A stretch of 64,000 nucleotides of DNA from Candidatus Multivoradales bacterium (GTDB lineage Bacteria; Acidobacteriota; Thermoanaerobaculia; Multivoradales; JAHEKO01). Below the pieces are notes generated by a model. That model ran no database searches. It had not been told where the DNA came from and was given only the letters and a program-made list of their open reading frames with translations. The first letter of the stretch is position 1, and each line of letters begins with the position of its first letter. Shown piece after piece: positions 35,440-44,157 of this stretch. The stretch spans positions 928,001 through 992,000 of the forward strand of contig CBDCVR010000013.1 in assembly GCA_965223155.1 (NCBI GenBank), written 5' to 3'. The position numbers were made by a program, and so were the translations under genes.

Positions 35440-36396
35440 ATGGCGCACCTACACCGGGCGCGGAGCAACCCGCGCTTGGGATTTCTTCTGGCCGTCGCGA
35501 CAACGGTGCTCTGGGGCTTCCTCTCGATCGCTCTCAAGCTCTTGCTCGAGGGCATGGACGGCCTCACCATCACCTGGTATCGCCTGGGGGCCTCGGGCAT
35601 CCTGCTCGGCGCCTTCCAGGCCTTCCGCAAGCAGCTGCCGGCGCTCGGGAGCGCCGGCCGAATCACTTGGACCCTCCTGGCGATCGCGCTCTTCGGCCTT
35701 CTGGGCAACTACGTTCTCTTCGTCATCAGCCTCGAGTACATCGCTCCGGCCACGGCCCAGCTCGTTATTCAGCTGGCACCGTTGCTCTTTCTGCTGGGCG
35801 GCCTCTTCGTCTTTGGCGAGCGGCTCACCCGCTTGCAATGGGCCGGGCTTTTTCTTCTGACGGTCGGCCTCCTGGTGTTCTTCCACGACCGGCTGGGAGC
35901 GCTCCTGCGCCTGTCCGGCCGCGAAGCCATCGGCGTAGCGCTGGTGGTAGTCGCGGCCGTCGTCTGGGCCGCCTACGCCTTGGCCCAGAAGCAGCTCCTG
36001 GTGACCTTCTCCTCGGAGAACATCCTGCTGCTCATCTACTTGGGCTCGAGCATCGCGCTGTTGCCCACGATCCGGCCGGCCCAGATCTTCGAGCTCGACG
36101 GCTTCCAGCTCGGGCTCCTGGTCTTCGGCGTCTTCAACACCTTAGCCGCCTACGGCTGTTTCGCCGAGGCTCTCGAGCACTGGGAAGCCTCCCGCGTCAG
36201 CGCGGTCATCGCGGTAACGCCGCTCATCACCATTCTGGCCGTGTACGGCATTCTCGTCTTCTGGCCCGACGCGGATGTCGGCGAGCGCCTGACCTCGATC
36301 GAGTTGGCCGGCTCGGTGCTCATCGTCCTGGGCTCGATGATGACGGCTCTCGCCAGAAACGACGAACGCGAAGCCGCCCGCAGCCAGAGTCCGTGA
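35440..36396 (+). CDS. EamA/DMT-family transporter
   Basis: About 10 TM in two repeats; LWGFLSIALK, EALEHWEASRVSAVI. Confidence 0.92.
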   Translation: MAHLHRARSNPRLGFLLAVATTVLWGFLSIALKLLLEGMDGLTITWYRLGASGILLGAFQAFRKQLPALGSAGRITWTLLAIALFGLLGNYVLFVISLEYIAPATAQLVIQLAPLLFLLGGLFVFGERLTRLQWAGLFLLTVGLLVFFHDRLGALLRLSGREAIGVALVVVAAVVWAAYALAQKQLLVTFSSENILLLIYLGSSIALLPTIRPAQIFELDGFQLGLLVFGVFNTLAAYGCFAEALEHWEASRVSAVIAVTPLITILAVYGILVFWPDADVGERLTSIELAGSVLIVLGSMMTALARNDEREAARSQSP

Positions 36397-36497
36397 CGGC
36401 CGCCCCGTACAGCTCGACGTCTACCGCGGGCTGCTAGCATCCGCGCTCAGACCGGCCCCGGCGTCTCGCCCGCGGGCGTTACGCGGAAAGGATCCCG

Positions 36498-37907
36498 ATG
36501 AGCTCATCCGACGACACCACTCGACGGCGCTACGCCGGCGGCAACCGGGCTCCAGTCTCCGCCCGTCGAGCGCTCCTCGCGCTCGCGCCGCTGGCCCTGA
36601 CCCTCGTTGCGACCACCTTCGCGGTCGGCTGCGCGCCGCGATCCGAGGAGGCCTCCGTGGACGATGTCAACGCCCGGAACGTAACCCACCGCATCGCCGA
36701 GGAAACCGTCCGTCTGGCACTCGCCCTGGGACGCCACGACGCCGACTATGTGGACGCCTACCTCGGGCCCGAGGCCTGGCGCGCCGAAGCGGACCAGACG
36801 GCTTGGAGCCTCGAGCAGATTCGCGACCGAACCGACCACCTGATCGCCGAGCTGGCAACCGTGATTCCGCCTGCGGGCGACGAACTGGCCGCCGCCCGCC
36901 AGCGCTCCCTGCTCCGCACCCTGGAGAGCCTGCACGCCCGCAGCCGCATCGTCTCCGGCGAGCGCCTGCCCTTCGACGAGGAGGCCCGCCAACTGTACGA
37001 TGTCTCGCCCCCGAAGAAGGACGCGAGCGAGTTCGACGCCGCCCTCGCCAAGCTCGACCGGCTGCTGCCCGGCACGGGATCCCTCGCCGACCGCTTGAGC
37101 GCCTTCAAGGCGGACTTCGTCATTCCGCCGGACAAGCTCGACGAGGTCTTCCAAGCGGCCATCGAAGCCTGCCGGGAGCGCACCCGAAACCACATCGACC
37201 TTCCGGAGGACGAGAGCTTCGTCCTCGAATACGTCACCGACAAGGCTTGGAGCGGCTACAACTGGTACAAGGGCGGCTATCACAGCCTCATTCAGATCAA
37301 CACCGACCTTCCCATCTACATCGACCGCGCCCTCGATCTGGCCGGACACGAGGGCTACCCCGGCCATCACGTCTACAACGTTCTGGTCGAGCGGGACCTG
37401 GTCCAAGGGCGGGGCTTCCAGGAGTACCTCATCTATCCGCTCTTCAGCCCGCGCTCGTTGATCGCGGAGGGCAGCGCCAACTTCGGCCTGGACGTTGTCT
37501 TCCCCCACGCCGACCGGCTCCAGTTCGAGCGCGAGGTCCTGTTCCCACTGGCCGGTCTCGATCCCCAGCGGGTCGAGAACTACTACGCGGTCGATGAGAT
37601 CTTGAGCGAGCTCTCGTACGCCGGCAACGAGGCAGCCCGCGGGTACCTCGACGGCACGATGGATGCCGAAGCAGCCATCGGCTGGATGATGACCTATTCG
37701 CTCTCGAGCCGGGCCCGCGCCGAACAACGCCTGCGCTTCTTCGAGAAGTACCGCAGCTACGTCATCAACTACAACCTGGGCCAGGACCTGGTGCGCGATT
37801 TCATCGAGAGCGCCGGCGGCACGGCGGAGCAGCCGGATGAGCGGTGGCGCCTCTTTGCCGACCTGCTCTCACGGCCGGTGCTGCCATCCGAGCTCACCGG
37901 CGGCTGA
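36498..37907 (+). CDS. Lipoprotein, DUF885-like with HExxxxH metal-binding motif
   Basis: Lipobox AVGC; YVDAYLGP, WSGYNWY, GHEGYPGHH, IAEGSAN, YVINYNLG. Confidence 0.8.
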   Translation: MSSSDDTTRRRYAGGNRAPVSARRALLALAPLALTLVATTFAVGCAPRSEEASVDDVNARNVTHRIAEETVRLALALGRHDADYVDAYLGPEAWRAEADQTAWSLEQIRDRTDHLIAELATVIPPAGDELAAARQRSLLRTLESLHARSRIVSGERLPFDEEARQLYDVSPPKKDASEFDAALAKLDRLLPGTGSLADRLSAFKADFVIPPDKLDEVFQAAIEACRERTRNHIDLPEDESFVLEYVTDKAWSGYNWYKGGYHSLIQINTDLPIYIDRALDLAGHEGYPGHHVYNVLVERDLVQGRGFQEYLIYPLFSPRSLIAEGSANFGLDVVFPHADRLQFEREVLFPLAGLDPQRVENYYAVDEILSELSYAGNEAARGYLDGTMDAEAAIGWMMTYSLSSRARAEQRLRFFEKYRSYVINYNLGQDLVRDFIESAGGTAEQPDERWRLFADLLSRPVLPSELTGG

Positions 37908-37912
37908 TTCCC

Positions 37913-38620
37913 ATGCCCACGCCCGAAGCTCCGGCGGTCGACGTCATCGTTCCGATCCACAACGGCGAGCGTTATCTGGCCTCAGCGCTCGAAAGCGTTC
38001 TCGCACAGGACTACCGGCCGCTCAGGGTTACCGTCGTTGACGACGGCTCGACCGACGGCGGCGTCGAGATCGCCCGCGGATTCCCCGAGGTCCGCGTTCT
38101 GTCCCAAACCAATCTCGGCGCCGGCGCGGCGCGCAACCACGCCATTCGGGAGACCGACGGCGATCTCGTCGCCTTCCTGGACCAGGACGATCTCTGGACC
38201 GCCGACAAGCTGAGCGTCCAAGTCCCGTATCTCCTCGACCGGTCCGAGCTGGACTTCGTCTTCGCGCTTCAGGAGTGTTTTCTCGAGCCGGGGTCCAAGC
38301 TGCCGACGCCCCTGATTCGGAACTGGGTCTCGCGCAAGCTTTGGGAACGCAAGCTTCCCGGATTTCTCCCGGGCACCCTCCTGGTTCGTCGCCGCGCCTT
38401 CGACACCTACGGACTCTTCGACACCGGTCTCGAGGTCACCAGCGACGCCGAGTGGTTCTTCCGGGCTCACGACGCGGGCCATCCTCTCCACGTTTTGCAG
38501 CGGGTGCTCTTGAAGAAGCGCTTCCACAGCGCCAACCATTGCTACGAGACCGCCCAATCCCGCAACGAGCTTCTCCGCATCGTGCGCGCCTCGAGCCGGC
38601 GCAAGCTGGCTTCAGGCTGA
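37913..38620 (+). CDS. GT2-family glycosyltransferase
   Basis: VIVPIHNGERYL, VVDDGSTD, GAARN, AFLDQDDLW. Confidence 0.93.
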   Translation: MPTPEAPAVDVIVPIHNGERYLASALESVLAQDYRPLRVTVVDDGSTDGGVEIARGFPEVRVLSQTNLGAGAARNHAIRETDGDLVAFLDQDDLWTADKLSVQVPYLLDRSELDFVFALQECFLEPGSKLPTPLIRNWVSRKLWERKLPGFLPGTLLVRRRAFDTYGLFDTGLEVTSDAEWFFRAHDAGHPLHVLQRVLLKKRFHSANHCYETAQSRNELLRIVRASSRRKLASG

Positions 38621-39727
38621 CGACCGCAGCCGCGTCCGTCGGGCAGCCTCGGCGATGACGAAGACCGGCATTTGCCACAGGCCGTTCAGGCCCCACCGGG
38701 CCTGAAGGTACCGTAAGAATCCACCTCGGGCCTGGCCGCCGCCGGCCCTGCCCAGCCTGTAGTGCAGCCAATGGAACCGCAGCCGCCGCCAGGGCGTCCG
38801 AGGCAGGGTCTTGAGCTCGAACTCCCGCCGCTCCTCCCGGCTCGCCGGCAGCGCCCGGAGCTCCTCGAGAACCGCCTCCGGAATCTCGCGGCCGACCGAC
38901 CTCGCAAGGTAGTCGAGTCCGGCCTCGAGCGGAACAGTCAGCCGCCGACTCCTCGCTTCGGCGACCAGCCGGGCCCAGTCGACGGTGCCCGCCTCGAGCA
39001 CCGCGGCACTGTCGGCGACCCAGCGCAGCGGGGGGACCTCCTCCCAGCGCACGCCATGAACAATCGTGTGAAACAACAGGTGCGCCGCCGAGGGGATCGG
39101 CGCGGAGAGCTCGCCGAAGCGTACGACCTCGGCGCATTCCCAGACCTTCGCGTCCACTCCCTGCCGGCAACACTCCTCGAGCAGGTACCAGTGCAAGTCC
39201 AGCTCTGCGCCTCGATCATCCACGAACACGGTGGAATGGATCAGCGGCAACCGTACCCGGGCCAACGAGTACCGCGACCGCCAGCCCTTACTCAGCAGGA
39301 GGTCGATCGCCCGCTCCCGGTCCCGGGGCCGGACGAACAGATCGACGTCGGCCATGGCCCGAACGCCGGCATCCCGGTAGTAGCCGGCGGCCAGAGCCGC
39401 ACCCTTGAGCAGCATGCACTCGATGTCCTGCTTTCGGAAGGCCTCGATGACTTCGCCGGCCGACCGGAAGCCCACCTGGTTCTTGTACCAAACTAGCCGG
39501 CGCATGCCGCGCAAACGCCCCAGCTCGGAGGCGGGAACCCCGCGCTCGCGCAGGTTGCTGTAGGCCAACGCCAGCATCCGGTACGACCCGGCGTCGATGT
39601 CGGCAAATCCCACCTGCCGACGCCACCGGCGCCAGGCTTCGACCGCGGACGCGTCCCGGGCGAGCGCCGCAGTCAAGAGCAGTTCCTGCTCGGGAGTCGG
39701 CCAGCAATCGCGTGGACTCGCGCTCAC
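38612..39727 (-). CDS. NTP_transf_5-type nucleotidyltransferase family protein
   Basis: MLLKGAALAAGYY, RAMADVDLFVRP (DxD), ELDLHWYL; GTGA overlap with the kinase stop. Confidence 0.9.
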   Translation of the reverse strand: MSASPRDCWPTPEQELLLTAALARDASAVEAWRRWRRQVGFADIDAGSYRMLALAYSNLRERGVPASELGRLRGMRRLVWYKNQVGFRSAGEVIEAFRKQDIECMLLKGAALAAGYYRDAGVRAMADVDLFVRPRDRERAIDLLLSKGWRSRYSLARVRLPLIHSTVFVDDRGAELDLHWYLLEECCRQGVDAKVWECAEVVRFGELSAPIPSAAHLLFHTIVHGVRWEEVPPLRWVADSAAVLEAGTVDWARLVAEARSRRLTVPLEAGLDYLARSVGREIPEAVLEELRALPASREERREFELKTLPRTPWRRLRFHWLHYRLGRAGGGQARGGFLRYLQARWGLNGLWQMPVFVIAEAARRTRLRSSA

Positions 39728-40740
39728 CGTGCCGCTGCGGCCTCCGTCCCGAGTCCGTTCAGCAAGTCCTCGATCGCCGGCCCGATAGCGGCAAGATCGG
39801 GGCAGAGCTCGAAGCCGAAGGTGGGAACCTCACGCACCACGCGGGCGAGCCCCGCCAGCGCGGCCGCGTCCGCCCCAGGGCCCAGAAAGACCGAGGGACC
39901 GGCCAGGGCCGCCAGCGCCGTCCCGCGGCTCGCTGGAACCATCGCCGTCCTCTCCTTGCCGATCTCCGGCACCAAGATTGCGCGTAGCGGCGCCGCCGCG
40001 GGCAGGTGCTCCGTCCTGTCGGAACCCAAGAAGAGCAAGGCCTTCTCTCCGTCCGGCGTTGGCGGCACCGCCACCGAGCGCTCGAGCTCCGGCAGCCGTT
40101 CGAGCGTCCAGGCCTCGACCTTGGCCGAGACGTACAGCCTATGGACCATGGGCGGACTGGCGCCAAGGAGCACGTTGTCATCTCCCAGGTACGCAAGCCC
40201 GGATGCCCAGGCCGCCAGTGCCGTGGTCGACTTGCCCGAACCACTGCCACCGCAGATCGCTACGACGCCGTCCGACCGGCCCACGGCCGCCGCGTGCGCG
40301 AGTTGCAGACCTCGCGCCTCGCCCCACCAGCGCAAGAGATCGCGCAACGGAAAGCTGCGCTCGTGCACCGTCAGGGCGGCCGGCGATTCGATCCAGAAAA
40401 CGCCTGCACACCGCTCGGCGTCGAAGCCGGAGATGCTAGCGGTGCCCGGCTTGGCGGCCAGCCAATACCGCTCGCGACTCATTCCTCGCACCGCGCCGCG
40501 CACCGAGTAGTCGCTTCCGTGCCGGCGCGGCGGTGGCGGCTCGCAACCCGTGCTCGCCGTATCGAAGACCTGGACCACCAAGTCGTCACCGGAATCCGCG
40601 GTGGACGCGATCGCGTCATTCTGATGGGGCTCCTCCGGAAGCTTCCGATGCTCGAGCGCCGCGGTCAGAGGCTCGACCAGCGCCGGCCCGGAAAAGCGCA
40701 TCCGCACACGGCCGCCCGCGACTTCGAATCGGCGCTCCAC
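39724..40740 (-). CDS. HPr kinase-related P-loop kinase (PadeK/PsmK-like)
   Basis: QLAHAAAV, GGSGSGKSTT (Walker A), YLGDDNVLL. Frame is open upstream to about 40860, so the true start may be earlier. Confidence 0.88.
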   Translation of the reverse strand: MERRFEVAGGRVRMRFSGPALVEPLTAALEHRKLPEEPHQNDAIASTADSGDDLVVQVFDTASTGCEPPPPRRHGSDYSVRGAVRGMSRERYWLAAKPGTASISGFDAERCAGVFWIESPAALTVHERSFPLRDLLRWWGEARGLQLAHAAAVGRSDGVVAICGGSGSGKSTTALAAWASGLAYLGDDNVLLGASPPMVHRLYVSAKVEAWTLERLPELERSVAVPPTPDGEKALLFLGSDRTEHLPAAAPLRAILVPEIGKERTAMVPASRGTALAALAGPSVFLGPGADAAALAGLARVVREVPTFGFELCPDLAAIGPAIEDLLNGLGTEAAAAR

Positions 40741-40834
40741 GACTCCGGCGCAATGCTCGGCCCGGGAAGCGGTCTCCGCGAGCTTCGCGTAGTACCTCGC
40801 CGCGCTCGGACCGGCGCCGTCCCGGCCCCGGCCG

Positions 40835-41281
40835 TCAAGTACGATCGTCCGGCTCCTCGATCACCATCGGCCAGCCGCGGTCATCGACATCGTGGACCGG
40901 ATCCAGGAGCAACAGGTCCCGCATATCGGTGAAGCGATGGATCTCCGGGGGCTCGAAGCGCTCCGGATAGCTCGCGCCCGGGTTCCCGGATTCCGGCGCT
41001 CCGTCCTCCTCTTCGACCACCAGCTGATCCTCCCGGAGGACTTCGAGCACCGTCCGGACCCGAGCGGCCTGGTCCGGTGACAGAGCCCCATACCGGGCCT
41101 CTAGCTCCTTGAAGAGCCGGGCGTCGGTGGCGCCGTGTTCGTGCTGGGTCCAAATCGCCGCCGCCAGGCCGCGCAGGCAATAGTAGGTACCGCTGTCCAT
41201 GTCGATGATCACGGCTTCACCATCGACGATCTCGTCGATTACCCGCGGCCGGGCGATTCGATACCGAGGCTGAGCGACCAC
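40835..41281 (-). CDS. PqqD-family RiPP recognition element (RRE) with a C-terminal leader-like peptide extension
   Basis: EIVDGEAVIIDMDSGTYYCLRGLAAAIW...LEARY...LREDQLV, then linker and FEPPEIHRFTDMRDLLLLDPVHDVDDRGWP; TACGAT box 6 nt before GTG. Confidence 0.9.
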   Translation of the reverse strand: MVAQPRYRIARPRVIDEIVDGEAVIIDMDSGTYYCLRGLAAAIWTQHEHGATDARLFKELEARYGALSPDQAARVRTVLEVLREDQLVVEEEDGAPESGNPGASYPERFEPPEIHRFTDMRDLLLLDPVHDVDDRGWPMVIEEPDDRT

Positions 41282-41397
41282 CCCGGGATCGTACCCCAGA
41301 TCTCTGCTGCCGAAGGGACCTGGGGCCGGTGCGGGACTTGCAGGCTCAGGTCCGCGAAACCGCGCCTTGCTGCCCAGAGGCGCCCCGGAGCTTGACC

Positions 41398-42717
41398 ATG
41401 CCGCGAATTCTCTGCCCCCAGCGATCGACTCAGACCCGTACCCGATCCGAGCGGTGGATCCAGTTCGCGATCGCGGCCGTTCTCATCACTGTTCTCGGCG
41501 GTGGCCTTGCCGGCTGCGGCCGGGAGCGGCCGGCCGAGGTCGCCGCAGCCGAGGCCGAACCGGCACGGCTAACGCCATCCGAGCCGTCAGATCCGGTAGA
41601 ACCAGCGACTCGGCCCAGGGCCCAAGCCGGCGATCTAGGGGACGCGCCCGTCGATCCCGTCTCCGTCGGCCCGGGTCAGGCCAAACCGGGTCAGGCCAAA
41701 CCGGCTCTAGTCGAGCCGACTCAGATGGACCCGACTCAGGTAGACCCGGGCCCCGCGTCCCGCGCCGCCGATCCTCTGGCAGACGAGCGCGACCGGCTAC
41801 GCCGGCAGCAGGAGGCCCTCGACGCCGAACGGGCGCGCCTGGCCGAACGCCGGGCGATCCTGGTCGAGCGGGAGCGCCGGCTGGAAGCTCTCGAAGGCGA
41901 CGCCAACGTCCAGACGGCTGCTCCGGACTCCGCGACCGAACCTCGGATCGATCTCGAAGCGGGTGCCGCCACCGCGGATGAGGTCGAACCGGACGAAGTC
42001 GCGCCAGGCGATCCGGACTCCTCGGCTGACGCCGATCCCGACCTCCCCACCCACGAAGGCGCTCCCCAGGACGCCCCAGCGCCGCTCGAGCCCACCAGCC
42101 CCGAGCCGGCGGTCGCCCATTCTGAGTTCGATCCCGAGATCGATTCCGAGGACCTGCCGCCAGCCTCCGAAGCCGCTGTCCGTTCGCTCGAGCCGGGCCG
42201 GCTCCTGGAGATCGAGATCCTGGACACCTTGAGTAGCCGCACCCACCGCGTCGGCGACACCTTCGACGCCCGGCTGGTCCAGGAGCTTCGAGCCGAGGAC
42301 GGCACCCTCTTGGTACCGGCCGGCGCCCCGGTCGTGGGCGAAGTCACCCACGTCGTGCCGCTGAAGCGGGTCGGCGGCCGGGCCGAGCTGGACGTCGCCT
42401 TCACCCAGCTGGTTCTTGCTACAGGCGAACCGGTCTCCATTCGCGCCACGTTCGTGGCCCAAGGCAAGGACAAACGACGGGACAAGCGGAAGATTGCGGG
42501 AGCGGCCATCGTGGGAGCGATCCTGGGGCGGATTCTGGGCGACGGAGCCGAGGGCGCGGTCAAAGGCGCCGCCGCCGGAGCCGCCGCGGGAACCGCCGTC
42601 GTCGCTCGCGCCAAGGGGAAGGACGCGGTGCTTCCAGCCGGAGAGACCGTGGCGATTCAGCTGGAGGAAGTGGTCACGGTCGCGGTCGAGTATTCCGGGC
42701 CCGCCGATCCCGAGTAG
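41398..42717 (+). CDS. Hypothetical lipoprotein: low-complexity/coiled-coil N-half, beta-rich C-domain with glycine zipper
   Basis: Lipobox LAGC; LSSRTHRVGDTFDARL, LVPAGAPVVGEV, AGAAIVGAILGRILG...GAAAGAAAG. Confidence 0.75.
   Translation: MPRILCPQRSTQTRTRSERWIQFAIAAVLITVLGGGLAGCGRERPAEVAAAEAEPARLTPSEPSDPVEPATRPRAQAGDLGDAPVDPVSVGPGQAKPGQAKPALVEPTQMDPTQVDPGPASRAADPLADERDRLRRQQEALDAERARLAERRAILVERERRLEALEGDANVQTAAPDSATEPRIDLEAGAATADEVEPDEVAPGDPDSSADADPDLPTHEGAPQDAPAPLEPTSPEPAVAHSEFDPEIDSEDLPPASEAAVRSLEPGRLLEIEILDTLSSRTHRVGDTFDARLVQELRAEDGTLLVPAGAPVVGEVTHVVPLKRVGGRAELDVAFTQLVLATGEPVSIRATFVAQGKDKRRDKRKIAGAAIVGAILGRILGDGAEGAVKGAAAGAAAGTAVVARAKGKDAVLPAGETVAIQLEEVVTVAVEYSGPADPE
41671..41745. repeat. 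Two in-frame 15-bp tandem duplications (PGQAK x2; PTQMD/PTQVD)
   Basis: ccgggtcaggccaaa x2 at 41671-41700; ccgactcagatggac / ccgactcaggtagac at 41716-41745. Confidence 0.8.
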
Positions 42718-42914
42718 CTCGCGGGCCGGCCTAGGTGGCGATCTCGCCCCCCTCGTCTCCGCCACTCGAGTCTCTTGACGTCGGCCGCTACGACAACCTC
42801 GAGCGCCGGGCACAACCTAACCCAGAGACTCAAGGCGTCTCAGGGCAATGCCAATGGGACGATCAGGCTAGAATCGCGCCTCGACCGGCGGCGGCCATCG
42901 TCAGAAAGCCAGAC

Positions 42915-42950
42915 CAGTCGAGGCAGTCGAGGCAGTCGAGCTAGTCGAAG
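42915..42950. repeat. Four 9-bp tandem repeats immediately upstream of the LOG gene
   Basis: cagtcgagg cagtcgagg cagtcgagc tagtcgaag. Confidence 0.75.
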
Positions 42951-42962
42951 AACGGGGAGAAG

Positions 42963-43565
42963 GTGACGAATATCCAGCAGCCGGCGCGCAATGTCTGCGT
43001 TTTCACCGGCTCCAATCCGGGATCGCTAGGCCGGTACCGCCACGAGGCCGCAATCCTTGGCACCGAGCTGGTCACACGAGGCTTCGGTCTGGTCTACGGC
43101 GGCGGGTCGGTGGGCCTCATGGGTACGGTCGCCGACGCCGTGCTCGAAGCCGGTGGCCGGGTGACGGGTGTCATCCCAGAGGCCTTGATGACGCGGGAGA
43201 TCGCCCATGAACGGCTAGACGCGCTCGAGGTGGTCGAGTCCATGCACGACCGCAAGCGACGCATGGCCGAGCTGGCCTGCGCTTTTGTCGCCATGCCTGG
43301 AGGCATGGGCACGCTCGAGGAACTGACCGAGGTGCTGACCTGGGCCCAGCTCGGTATCCACGCCAAGCCCTGCGGGATCCTCAACGTCGACGGTTACTTC
43401 GACGGCTTCCTGGAGTTCTTGGACCACGCCGTGGCGCACGAGTTCCTGAAACCGGACCACCGCGCGATCCTGCGGGTCGGCACCGAGCCCGGCGCGCTGC
43501 TGGACGATCTCGAGGCCTACCGGCCCAGGCACACCGGCAAGTGGCTGACGCAGAGCCAAGCCTAG
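42963..43565 (+). CDS. LOG-family (TIGR00730-type) nucleotide phosphoribohydrolase
   Basis: LVYGGGSVGLMG, MHDRKRRM, PGGMGTLEE, WAQLGIHAKP. Confidence 0.94.
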   Translation: MTNIQQPARNVCVFTGSNPGSLGRYRHEAAILGTELVTRGFGLVYGGGSVGLMGTVADAVLEAGGRVTGVIPEALMTREIAHERLDALEVVESMHDRKRRMAELACAFVAMPGGMGTLEELTEVLTWAQLGIHAKPCGILNVDGYFDGFLEFLDHAVAHEFLKPDHRAILRVGTEPGALLDDLEAYRPRHTGKWLTQSQA

Positions 43566-43575
43566 GCTGAGTCCG

Positions 43576-44157
43576 TTGCCGCGCTCGCTCGCCGACATCG
43601 ACTGGACCGCTTGGCGGCCGGTCGACCGGGCCACCCTGCTCTTCGTCATTCGCGGCGGACGCATCCTCCTGATCCGAAAGCTGCGCGGCCTCGGCGCTGG
43701 CAAGATCAACGGCCCAGGCGGCCGTCTCGATCCGGGAGAGACTCCGCTCCAGGCGGCGGTGCGCGAGACCGAAGAAGAGATCGGCATCGTGCCCTCCAAT
43801 CCGATCGCCTGCGGCGAGCTCCGGTTCCAGTTCACCGACGGCTACGCGCTGCACGGATACGTATTCCGGGCTGCCCGCTACACCGGATCGCCCCGGCCAA
43901 GCGACGAGGCGATTCCGCTCTGGACGCCTCTGGATGCCATCCCCTACCCGGAGATGTGGGCCGACGACGTTCTCTGGATGCCTCACTTGCTGGAAGGCCG
44001 CAGCTTCGACGGCCGCTTCCTCTTCGACGGTGACGTCATGCTCGACTCCGCCTTGGAGGTCGGTCCCGAGCTCACCCCGAACGCCGGCGCGTCCAAGGTC
44101 GATTACCCGTCAGCGGATCGTTTGGAGACCGACCAGACCGCCCGACGCAGGCGGTGA
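43576..44157 (+). CDS. NUDIX hydrolase (MTH1/8-oxo-dGTPase-like)
   Basis: KLRGLGAGKINGPGG, Nudix box GETPLQAAVRETEEEIG, MWADD. Confidence 0.9.
   Translation: MPRSLADIDWTAWRPVDRATLLFVIRGGRILLIRKLRGLGAGKINGPGGRLDPGETPLQAAVRETEEEIGIVPSNPIACGELRFQFTDGYALHGYVFRAARYTGSPRPSDEAIPLWTPLDAIPYPEMWADDVLWMPHLLEGRSFDGRFLFDGDVMLDSALEVGPELTPNAGASKVDYPSADRLETDQTARRRR

Noticed and set aside
38612-41281. Classical lasso-peptide or PQQ gene cluster
   Set aside because: No lasso cyclase, B2 peptidase, radical SAM enzyme, pqqB/C/E or separate precursor visible in the window
42915-42950. CRISPR-like array (also considered for 29837-29915)
   Set aside because: Units are too short or degenerate, there are no spacers of CRISPR length and no cas genes
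42735-42966. Small ORFs (63-69 aa) between the lipoprotein and LOG genes
   Set aside because: No RBS or motifs; they run through a promoter-like box and a tandem repeat
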